Below, piece by piece: positions 39,735-50,600 of a DNA stretch of 64,000 bases. Every line of letters begins with the position of its first letter. Position 1 is the stretch's first letter. Location of the stretch: NCBI GenBank assembly GCA_001643675.2, contig LSRY02000014.1, positions 1,364,001-1,428,000 on the forward strand, in the 5' to 3' direction. The notes under the pieces are model-generated. The model did not search any database and was not told the origin of the DNA. It saw only the letters and a list, made by a program, of their open reading frames with translations. A program made the position numbers and the translations under genes. The stretch comes from Monocercomonoides exilis PA203 (Eukaryota; Protista; Preaxostyla).

Positions 39735-41981
39735 GTGGAGGGAGAGAGAACGAGAAATCACAGGGGGTCGGCGAGAGATATATCGATAGAAGATGTGCGA
39801 CACGAAACAAAGAGAACAGGAGGAGACTCCGAATATCCCCGAGTGACGAGACAGATGAGCGAGAGGATGAACGAGAAGATAATTTGCAGAGCTTCTGGGA
39901 CTGTTTCCGGGAACCAAATTGGGAGCGCCCTGGAGGTGAGCTCGAAGACAGCTATTGCATGTTTTCTCGAAGGAGAAGAGATTCCACAGATGCAGCATGG
40001 CCACAAGACGCCAGGAGTGAGGGAGAGTATAGTGATTGGACTACCGAGGGAGCCACTTCCTGGGAGACTAGTGAACAGACCGAACGAGTGGAGGAAGATT
40101 GGTGGAGACAAACTAGTGAGCCGTGGTATAACAGCTCGATGGAAGAGTCTCCAGTCTCCAAGCTCACTCGAGGAGAGAAAACACAGACAACAGTTTCGGG
40201 GGATGACAGAGATGACGAACAATTATTTATCCCTCTTTGAGGAGGAATTGAAGGAAGGAGTGGTGAAGCCCATACAGGAGTCGGAGGTGAAGTGGTTCAA
40301 TCCGACATTCATGGTGCGAAAGAAAAACGGAAAGTGGAGAAAGATGCTAGAATGCAGGAAGCTAAACGAGGAAGTGCAGGGAAAGCATTTCAAGATGGAT
40401 TCCCAGGAGACAGTTGTTGAACTCCTGGAGGAGAACGATTGGATGACCACTCTGGATATATCGAGTGCATATTAACATGTCAATGTGGATGAACAATTCA
40501 GTCCCTGCTTGTGCTTCAGCTTTCAGAATCAGTGCTCCGTTAATGTGGGGATGCCGTTTGGAGCGAAAGATGCGCCCAGAGTTTTCACGAAGATAATGAG
40601 ACGGGCGGCGTCATATATCAGAGAAAAGTGGAGAGGGAAGCTAGTGATATACCTGGACGACATTCTCCTCATGCACCCAGACAGGGATGCATTGAGATTG
40701 ATCTCACAGGAGATAGCCCAGTTCCTGAGGAATCTGGGCTGGATTCTGTCGGAGGAGAAACTGAAGTTGGAACCCACAAGGAGCGTGGAGTTTCTGGGAT
40801 GGTTGTGGAACTCAGAGAAGATGGAAGTGACGCTCCAAGAGAGGAAGAGAGTGCTGCTCCTTGAGAATGTGCGAACCTGGATAACACTGGCAAAGAAGAA
40901 AAAGAGACAAAAGACGAGGGACCTGGCAGCACTCCTCGGGAGGCTGAATTTTGCGAGGTTACAACACCCACCAGCGAGCTTGTGGATGAAGCGCATGCAG
41001 TACGTGCTGAGGCAGGCAATAGCCCTCAGAGGCTGGAAGGGAACGGTGATAGTCAGCCCAATGATAATGGGAGAATTAACACACCGGAGGAAAACCCTTC
41101 TAGAGAACAGACCGAAGTGTCTGAGGAGAAGAAACAAATCAGCAGAGCTGACAACGGATGCGTCAGAGCTGGGTTGGGGTGCAGTATTAACAATACCGAG
41201 GGAGAACAAAGAGGAGAAGATATATGTCCACGGGAGTTGGACCCTCCAGGAGAGTGCGTTAGCGATAAACGAGAAGGAGTCCAGAGCAGTGTTGAGGACA
41301 CTAGAGAGAAAGGGAGCATGGCTGCAACAACAAAAGATAGACCATATTCGTCTGAAGACAGACAATATGTCCACGAGATGGACAATACAGAGGAAGAAGG
41401 GAGCGCCATCGCTCATCCCAACACTGAGAGCATTGGAGAAGAAACTGAACAGCCTGGACATTACGATACAAACGGAACATCTCCCGGGAGAGCAGAACAC
41501 GGAGGCAGATGCACTCAGCCGAATGGCGAAAAAGCCGGACTATGCACTGAGGGGGAAGAAAGTCGCAGAGATAGTACAAACAATCGCACCGAGAAAACCA
41601 GATACAATTTTAGAACAGATTGCACCGGTACCCTGCAGAAGTACTTGGAGACTATCCTCTCTGAGAAGGAGGAGAGAGAGAGAAACACCAGAAGACGACA
41701 CAGTGCTAGTCCATCCGTTCCTGAGAAACATTGGACGGACCCTGAAAGAGAAGATGAAGGAAGCCCAGAGGGAACTAACGATTCTGATTCCGCCAGCCTG
41801 GCGGGGGCAGACCTGGACCCCGCTACTGCAGCATGGGCATTCGATAAAGACCCTGGGGATCTTTCAGGAGTGCATGATACCGGGAGCGAAGATGAGAAGG
41901 GAAGGCTGGAAACTACCCCCAGGAGAGGTGATATCCGTCACACTGGAGATGAGAATATACAAGGAAGAGATCTCTTCCTAA
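39735..41981 (+). pseudogene. DIRS pol: reverse transcriptase, RNase H and N6-adenine-methyltransferase-like domain, with an in-frame stop at 40473-40475
   Basis: RT motifs are FMVRKKNGKWR, HFKMD, LDISSAY*HV, MPFG..APRVFTK and YLDDIL. RNase H motifs are TTDAS..GWG, INEKE, TDN and HLPGEQNTEADALSR. The MT-like segment reads VLVHP...LIPPAWRGQTWTPLL. ORF 39214-39789 may be a frameshifted N-terminal part. Confidence 0.92.
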
Positions 41982-43353
41982 CACGGGGAGAATATGTGGG
42001 AGCTAAGGAAATAGCAGCAGCAATACTAAAAAATCAGAAGAGTGAAAGAGATACATGGAGAGCCCTGCGAAGATTCAAACAATTCCTTGATAGGGAGAGC
42101 ATGGATGACACTGACCCCCTCACAAACAAAGACGCAAAATGGATTATAGCGGAGTTTACCGAAACACTTTCAAATACTAACCTGTCGAGTGGAGTGATTT
42201 ATCAGACAGTACGGAAAGTACTGGATTCCATTAAACTTTTTGGTAGATCAAGATTGATCGAAAGGACATAGAAATATTTCAAAAGACTTATGTGGAAGAG
42301 AAGCCAAGAAGGGGCAAGCGATATAAGTTGATGTGGGACTTGACAATCATTACAAAATGGGCTGAAATCACCTACGACGTAAAAGATACACGAACACTCC
42401 AGAGGAGAGCCCTCATCCTCACCATGATTTTTGGTGCTTAAAGGCCAGCTGAGCTGGAAAGAATGAGAAGGGAGACAACAACATTTAAAGATAACTCTAT
42501 CCAAACACAGGTACGAACCAAGACGTCGGGAGGTGAGATTATCAAAGTTATAATACGGAAACACCCCAACCCACGTATCGATGCGGTTGTAGCGCTCCAA
42601 CGCTGGATGGATTATACAAAAACAACCCTTAGAGACGAACATGTTTGGTTCGATATCAGAGAGAGGCAACCTGCAAACTTGCAGAGGATTAAAGAAGAAT
42701 TAGTGGCTGTCTTGAGAGAGAACGGAATACCCGACACATTTACCGCGTACTCGATAAGACACGCAGTGATTACACACTTAGCTAGACAAGAGGGAGCGGA
42801 CTGGAAGGCGATCAATGTGTATGCGAGATGGGCGCCGGGTTCGAGAGTGACCCAGGAATATTATACCGTGTTACCGGTGCAAGACACGAGATGGATCCTG
42901 GAGACAATAGGTGTATCAGTACTCCAGAGGGGAGAAGATCACAAGCCAGATAAGAGCGGAGATTCGAAGGAGGGGACGCTGGAGATAGCAGATGCAGATA
43001 TGAAAGATCGCACAGAGGAAGTACCCAAAGCGGGATCTGAGATAGGGAAGAAGCTTACGAGAAAGCGATCAAGAGGTAGAAAGAAATTGCCGAGTGGAGA
43101 AGAAAACAGAGGCGAAACGGCTAAGTCACGAAACTCAGCATCCCGACAATCGAGTTGCCAGAAGACACCCTCCATAATCCCCAACAGCATCTGTGAGCTG
43201 ACGGGAGAGAAGGATCCAACTCCGCCGAAGAGGAGGGGAAAAGATCGGAAGAGGCGTAGCGGAAGGAGTATTGGACAGATAGGAAATGACACTGAAGAGG
43301 CAAGGGCCAAATCGATGTCGCCTCAAAGATATCCCAAGAGAGAGCGGCTTTAG
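40982..43353 (+). pseudogene. DIRS tyrosine recombinase, overlapping pol and disrupted by stops/frameshift
   Basis: Fragments RYKLMWDL, GA*RPAEL (catalytic R), RTKT, YSIRH and ARWAPGSRVTQEYY (catalytic W/Y) are present. Stops lie at 42269-42271 and near 42440, with a frameshift near 42300. Confidence 0.85.
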
Positions 43354-43463
43354 AGCAGGAGGTCCGCACCACTACACACACTCTCTCAACTCATCCGCCG
43401 CACTTGAGCGTGCTAGGCAGGAGGGTTTTAGATCACACATTCGGAAAGAAAAGGGATTTCGAG

Positions 43464-43560
43464 ACTCATTATCGAGGAGCAAACCTGCTCCTTGCGTTTG
43501 TAGATTCGCTCCATTGCGAATTGATAAAAACGCAGTGAGACAGGTTTGCTCCGAGATAAT
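43464..43560 (-). repeat. DIRS internal complementary region (ICR)
   Basis: Its reverse complement reads right end (...CTCACTGCGTTTTTATCAA) joined directly to left end (TTCGCAATGGAGCGAATCTACAAACGCAAGG...), which is the circle junction. Confidence 0.95.
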
Positions 43561-43920
43561 AGGAAGGCGGATGGAGAGACGATATGCGGAGTGGTGCGAT
43601 GGTGAGCCAGAAGGGTGTGGGAAGATGACTAGAAAAAAGGGCGAGATATAGAAGGAGAGAAAGAAAGAATAAACGCCCAAAGTGATTAGTGTACAGCTAG
43701 GATCTGGAAATATACAAATAGATTGGATAAACAGTATTAATCAAAAGCCTTCTCCTTAACACGAGAGCGATTGGTTATAACACAGAAGAGTCAGAGCAAT
43801 CCACACAGTGCGCAATGATAGAGTTTGCTCTGCCGATGTAACAGAGGAGCGGGAGGCAGAGCGTAGCACACGCAGTTTTCTTTTCCACGCCTCGCGAAAG
43901 CGAGAGTGGTTTTTCTTTCT

Positions 43921-44027
43921 GCTCCAGGATTACTCGCCTCACCGGATCCCTGCACAGCCTGCAGGTGGGAGCTCCGAGGGGCAACGTCCCCTGCCCTCTG
44001 GTCTTCGTGACCAAGGCGAAAAGGCGA
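43921..44027 (+). ncRNA. Candidate structured RNA, possibly a variant HDV-like self-cleaving ribozyme
   Basis: Proposed pairings: P1 GCUCC 43921-25/GGAGC 43968-72; P2 UCGCCU 43934-39/AGGCGA 44022-27; P3 CAC 43940-42/GUG 43965-67; P1.1 (C)GGA 43943-46/UCC(G) 43973-76. J4/2 is GCGAAA at 44016-21. It was folded by eye only and deviates from the consensus. Confidence 0.35.
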
Positions 44028-44150
44028 AGATGGTGGTGAAGTGAAGCGGACAATGCATTATTTATTTATTTCTTTATTTTAATGTTATTGTTTTGTACTT
44101 CTATCTCGCCCTTTTTTCCACGTCATTTGGGATTGGGCGAAGTTTTCACT

Positions 44151-44220
44151 TAAACCGCCCATAAATCGTGATCAACACTCATTATCTCTGAGCAAACCTG
44201 TCTCACTGCGTTTTTATCAA
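44151..44220. repeat. DIRS right inverted terminal repeat
   Basis: AACCGCCCAT...AACACTCATTATCTCTGAGCAAACCTGTCTCACTGCGTTTTTATCAA is the inverse of the left end and complementary to the ICR. Confidence 0.85.
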
Positions 44221-44631
44221 AACTTGTTTTTCTAATTGTATTTTAATGAGAAAAAAAAAACATTCAAAAACAAATTGACATTTTTCTCAAATCACAAACA
44301 AAAATAACAAAACAAACAAAACCGTCAGTTGCTCACATCTCCTCAAACAAATGTTTCCATTATTTCGATTTCAAATAACGGCAACGATCATCCTTTGACC
44401 TGTGAGCAGCTGATTGTGATCATCAAATCACTCCCATCCCAAATAAAACAAACTCCTCTTTTCAACTAATTATTAATATCCACTCATTCTTTGAAAAGAA
44501 AAAACCACAACCAAATTACAGAACACATCTCACAAACTCTTTCACAAATTCTTCGATGCAAAGAAATATCTCATTCTCCTTTGATCTCTCTCCTTTTTTT
44601 TTGTTTCACATTCTCCTTTTCCATCTCACTT

Positions 44632-47600
44632 TCACCGCTCTTTCATCTCCTGCTTTTCTGTCTTCTTTGTCGCCTCTGATGTGTTCTCAAAAACTGTCGA
44701 ATAGCCTTCTTCCCCACTCACAAGACTGCCTTCCCTCTCTCTCGTGCTCCCCCCGTCCCTTTCACAGATCGCATCCGACATCGTCACAATCACAGCCCCT
44801 GCCGGGAAATGCCCATAAAACTCCCGCTTCATCTCGCTCAGTGTCGGACGATCGTTCCAGTCCTTTCCCATCGATGACCAAACAACCTCATACAGTTCAC
44901 TCCCTCGGATCTTCTCAACATTCGGCCTCTCTCCTTTCGATATCTTATCTCCTGCCACCTCTGCCTCGTATTCTACAAACGGGATATCCAGTGTCAGACA
45001 CTCCCACACCATCATCCCAATCGAGAATGCCACCGACTCCTTTGTTGCTCCCATCTTCTTGTTCATCAGCAGCTCAGGCGCCTTCCACCTCAGACACTCC
45101 TTCCTGTTGTCTTCACTATCCTCAAACGCTGATGAAGGTGGTGGTGAGTCGGTGAATCTCTCGCTCATCACCGAAACATTCGATGAGGATGAAGAAACCA
45201 TGGACATCGAACAGATGGATGATGAATCGGAATCATCTGAAGATGAGCAGTCTGAGTGGAGGGCAATGCAGATCACCATGTGCTCTGAGAACAGCACAAT
45301 GTGAGGACTCAGATTGGCCAGCGAAGGCAATTCCTTTTCTTCATCAAATGAATGAAGTGCTCCATTCGCCACCCAGAACAGGATTTGAGCAGCTGTCATT
45401 TCCCTCTCCTTCAAACTCCCAATTGCCATCTCCTTCTTCTCATTCCTCCCATGAAGCAACATGAACAGTGAATCCCTCAGATCCACAATCAGTTTCTCAT
45501 GTGGAGATGAGCAGGCCATCGCATCCACCAGATTTGACATTGACGAAGTGGTTGGACACAGATCCTCCCCACGAACAAATGTGGAATCTGAATCAGTCGT
45601 TGAAGTGGATGAAGTTGATGAAATGGAAGGCGATGTAGTTCTCTTCCTTATCTCTTCTTCTTTTTCATCAACCTTCTCCAGCATCCATTCTGGGATCTTG
45701 TCCGAATCTCTCCCCAGGATGTATTCAGTTGAACCACTCTCAGACAGAAGATGCTCTGATGACTCTGAATGTCCCAAGCTTTTCTCATGCACTCTCTTCT
45801 TTATCCTCTCATCGTTCTTCTTCTCTGCCTCTTTCTCTGCTCTCCTCCACTGCTCCTCAGGTGACATCTCCATCGTCATCATCTCAAACGCTTTTGGATC
45901 CTTTCTGATGTTGTCATTCACAATCTCTTCCAATTCCTCTTTTCTTTCCTTCACTTTCTTCCACCGAACAACCAGAACAATTATGACCACAAGCAGTATT
46001 ATAACAACCACAACGCAAACAATCAATAACCAATATGATTTTCCTTCTTTTCCTCCTTCAACAATTCTGTCATCTCCCTTTCCTTGAGTTTCACTTCTGT
46101 TCTTCAGGATGAAAGAATCAGTCGATGAAGGAGATTCTTTCTTTCCAAACAGAACACTCACACTCACTTCTGTCTCTTCTCCTGCATTGTTTATTGTTTC
46201 AATGGGAACTTTTCCATCCACTTCATTTTCGGAGACATATCCTTCTTCATTGAATTCATATCTTTCCACAACATCTTCATCACCAACTTGTTTCACAATC
46301 TTGAACGATACGTTGCATGGAAGCAACAGCTTTCCTTTGAACCTCAGAAGAAGTTCTGCACCCATCTCTTCCATTTCGACTATTTCCAACTCTGGAATGA
46401 AGAAGGATGACAATCTCTCGGTAACAATCCCGCTCAATTCACATCCTTCATTCAATATCCAAAGAGATGAATCATCCTTCAATCCATCTCCTCCTTTCAG
46501 ACTCATCACGTTCAACACTCCCGAATCAGAGCAGAGAATGTTTCTTCTCAGTGATGGGTATTTTGTGAATCTTGGATTGTTATTTGTGAACAACCCCATT
46601 TCAATGACAATGCTTCCTCCGCTAATTGCAAGTCCACCTTCTGGTGTATTTGTTATTGCTGAATCTTTCATTTTCATATTGCAACTTATTGCTTCCAAAG
46701 CTGATCCATTCCACTTGCATATCTCATTCTCGTTGTCATTTTCATTCAAAATTCTCTCCTTCATAAATTCTCTTTCATTCGTGTTACCATCAAAAAGGCA
46801 GCTCTCAATCACTGTATTTGCACTCTCCATCGCCAAAATGCATTTTCCCTTTCCTTCTCTATTTATGACAAGAATATTTCTCAATGAACAATTCGTTAGC
46901 TGCACCATCTTTTTCATTTTCAAACATGATATCAACGATTCCCTATTATCAGATGAAGTTATATTTATTGCACTCATTTTTTCTATTGTCAACTGCTCTC
47001 CTTCAACTGTATTAACAAGGTTTGTCCCCATCGCGAGATCGAAAAAGTCACACGAAATCAAGGAAAGGATTGCAGATTGAAACATACAGACAGCCGAATC
47101 AGACAGTGAAAGATCTAACACCACACAGCCCTCAAGCATGCATTCACCTCTCTCAATTCGCACAATGCAAAATGGAATATTCGCTTGTGCTTGATCTCCC
47201 ATTCCCTCTGTGACTTTGGTGCTGAATGTGCAGTTTGTCACTTCCAGCAATCCTCCTTCAGGGAAAAGAAGAATAGAATGAAGTGAAGCAAACTCCGGCT
47301 CAAACACAAATTTCAGTCTTGACATTGACACAGCGCCTGTTGTTTCTATCAGAGCCTCTCTGGAACATTTGATTGAAGAGCACACTTCCACATTGCACAA
47401 TTCTCTCCCTCGAGAACTCAGACTCATCTCTTCCAGCCGCAATTCCCCGTTGATCACACTTGCTCCATCTGCAAACACAAGGCTCATGAACTCTGAAGTC
47501 AGGTGCATCAGCCCATAATCAATTGAATAGCACGGAAGAGTGTACGTGCCACACTGGCGCTCATTCGACCCATTCATGCTCGACACAATAATCGTATCGC

Positions 47601-50600
47601 TCTGATGGATTGTGATGAAATCGATCAAGTTTGTATCTCCAGTGTGCTCAGTCACATCAGCCCCATATATCGCATTCAGCTGAACATAATACTTCTCTCT
47701 CAGATCGAAATGAAATTGCGTTTCGTTGATCTGGCTCGTGATGTTATAGCACTCGACAAAAATATCGTTCCCTACGCCTGCTGTGTTTGCACTCCAATTC
47801 ATCTTCTCAAACACAAAATTCAGCCTTCCTGTTTCTCTGCTCCTCAAATACACTCCTCCTCCTTTCCCTTTCTGGCTGCAACAGCACCGACTTATCGTCG
47901 ACCTCGAAATGCGAAATGCCCCAGACCCACTTAACACAAATAGCATCACTCCGCCTTTCTCACATGCTTCTGCTTTGTTGTCCACAAACAAACTGCCCTC
48001 AATTCTCAGCTCAATCCCTCTCTCTCCTTTCATCTCACACACGCTTGCTCCATCATCGCTTTTTTTCATTCCCACAAACGAGCAATTCTCAATCAAAATG
48101 CTGCTCATTTCTTTCCCATTCTTCGTGCGCATTTGCTCTTCAGTTTCCTTCACTGTGAAAACACATCCTTCTGTTTCATTCAGAGATGAGCAATGAACAC
48201 TCTCCATTGTGCAAGCAACACCAACTTCATTGATCACAAAAACACTGCTTCCAACACTGCTGGAGTCCATCAACAAATCTTTCACAACCAGTTCTCCTGC
48301 ATTCATCTCCACAAACACGCATCTGCATGAAGCGCTTTGCTGAGCATCTGAGCGAAATGAGCATCCAGTCATTTCCAACTTCCCAGCTCTATTCACAACT
48401 GCAGTTCTGCAAGCATTATCAATTCCAGTTCTCAAGTGAAGTGCAATGTCTGTGAACGAAAGTGTTTTCTGATTCACCAAATAGCAATCCAGTCCATCTT
48501 CAACTGCATTCTCCAAAAACAGCACAGCCTTTTCATTTTCTTCACCCATTGTCTCCGCTTTTTCAAACTTGAAGCTGGACACATTGAATGAATCTTGAAC
48601 GATGGTTGATCCTTCAATCTGAATTGTTTTCATTTCTTCTCCGTCTTTCATGTTTTTCATTCCTTTCCAAAGTGTTCTGCATGGATCTTCCTTGCTTCCA
48701 CATCGGGCCACATCAAATCCATTCGATGAGATAAATATCTCAAATGAGCTGTATGGAACGAGGAACATAAACAAATCTTTGTCTGAATGAATGTTGTCGC
48801 TCCCAACAAACAGCAATCCGTCTTCCTTCATCCACTCATAATCAAATCTGAATGTATCTACCCTCACCGTGCTGTTCAAATCAGCTGCCAAAATAAATAT
48901 ATTCTTTCCTATTTCTGCTCTGTTCTTGTCAAACTTCACACCAACATCCATGAGCAAAGGCATGCTGTTGCTGCAATTCTGGCAATTCAAAAACAAAAAC
49001 CCTCCTCTACCGCGATCAGCTGATAGCGAGCAGACTGATGCATTAATATCCTTGATCGCAACATATTCTTCTTCTTTCAATATCACATTCATCACACCAC
49101 CTTCATTACTCTCAGTATTCTCTATTTGAGAGAAGTTGCAGCGTTCAAGCTCCAGCGAAGATGAAACCACAAACGGAGAAATGGCAAACAGACAACATTG
49201 CAATGAGCACCCTATCATCGAGCATGTCCCATTCGTTGTTTTCACAAGCGAGAATTCAACCACGTCTGTCACCATCACAGCAAAAGTGCAATTCTCAAAT
49301 CGAAGCTTTCCACTCGACAAGATAAGTGACATCAATTTCTCCTCAAACGATGAAGGAATTTCAAGCTTCAGCGAAAGCAAACTGAGTGAGTTGCTCGAAG
49401 CAATCACTGAAATCATGCCACTTCCAGTTGTTGAGCTGGCAAAGTGAATGAGCTTCCATTTCACCTCTTCCTCTTCATTCACATGACCATCAAAAGCCAC
49501 CTCTTCATCAAACATGAAGCAATCTTCAATTCTGTTTTCATCCATCACAACAAGTCTCCTTTTAGCTTCCTCTTCATTCCCACCAATATGGTTAATCCCA
49601 CTCCACACAGAACAACAAGGAAAAATCTCGCTTCCACACCCAGCTGCATCATATCCCTCCGAAGACACAAACACTTCCTCCGCCTTTCTTTCAACAAGAA
49701 ACAACCGAAGATCCACACTTTCTTCAAACCGATCTTGATCCCTTCCTTTCATATCAACCAACACTCCTTCTTCGTCTTCATACTCAAATCCAAACCTCGC
49801 GCTTGTCACCGTTTCGTTCAGTTTCTTGCATGAGACAAACAAATCCTTCCCTTCAAACGCTTGATTGCCTTTGAATCGCACTTCTGAAAATCTGATGTTG
49901 TTCTCGCTTTCATCCAACACATCCAAATACACTCCTCCTCCTCTTCCTTCATTTTCATCTGCTGCACATTTCAGAAATGATACAGCTTCAACTTTGATTT
50001 GATCATTCATTCCCAATTCGCATCTGATGCATCCACCTCGCATGCTTTCAGTTTGAACATCCTCAAAAGAGCTCTCTTCATTGATGCTCAATTTGGCTCC
50101 TCTTTTTGACACAAAACATGAGCTCAACCCCACAATGCATTTCGTAACTGTTGAATTTTGCAAGGACACATCAGATCCTGCTTCATTCATAACAAGTCCA
50201 ACACCGTTTGTATGCATATCATCGATTGTGCAGTTTTCAAAAGCTGTGCTTCCACCGCTGCACACTGCAATCCCACTTCCTGCAAAATGCACTCCTTTCA
50301 TCACAGCCCTGTCAAAATGAACGAATCCTCCTTTCACTGCAACAATCCATTTCCCACATTCATTTTGCGCATTTTCACAGCCAGAAAATGAACAATCAAC
50401 AAAAGTGCATTGCCCCACCCTCACTTCCACAACTGACTGTTTTTCTGCTAGATTCATCGGTGCTCGCGGAAGAACAAACTCAAGAACTGAAAAAATCAAA
50501 TATGTCAATGCCTCTCCCTCTGTTTGCTCAAATTTTCCTTCCTCCCCAACAACCATTTTCTGTGCCTCATCATTCCCTTGCACCGTCAGTGATTTTCCAT

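Larger units (their letters stand above)
38154..44220 (+). mobile_element. DIRS1-type tyrosine-recombinase retrotransposon, full length, inactivated
   Basis: It has gag-like, RT-RNaseH-methyltransferase-like and tyrosine-recombinase ORFs, imperfect inverted terminal repeats and an internal complementary region. TCAA is present at both junctions. Composition shifts abruptly to purine-rich and GC-richer sequence. Confidence 0.95.

Noticed and set aside
40529-41500. 323-aa antisense ORF within pol
   Set aside because: It is a shadow of purine-biased, dual-coded sequence and has no recognisable motif.
40473-42442. In-frame TAA/TAG in DIRS pol and YR as a possible TAR=Gln genetic code (known in the oxymonad Streblomastix)
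   Set aside because: Host genes end in TAA (SDR, nitroreductase, HINT) and TAG (OST4), and multi-kb ORFs contain no internal TAR. One stop replaces an expected Leu (GA*RPAEL) and frameshifts co-occur, so this is ordinary decay.
43600-44220. Hammerhead or twister ribozyme, or tRNA, in the DIRS tail
   Set aside because: I found no CUGANGA core on either strand, no twister consensus and no cloverleaf with a T-loop.
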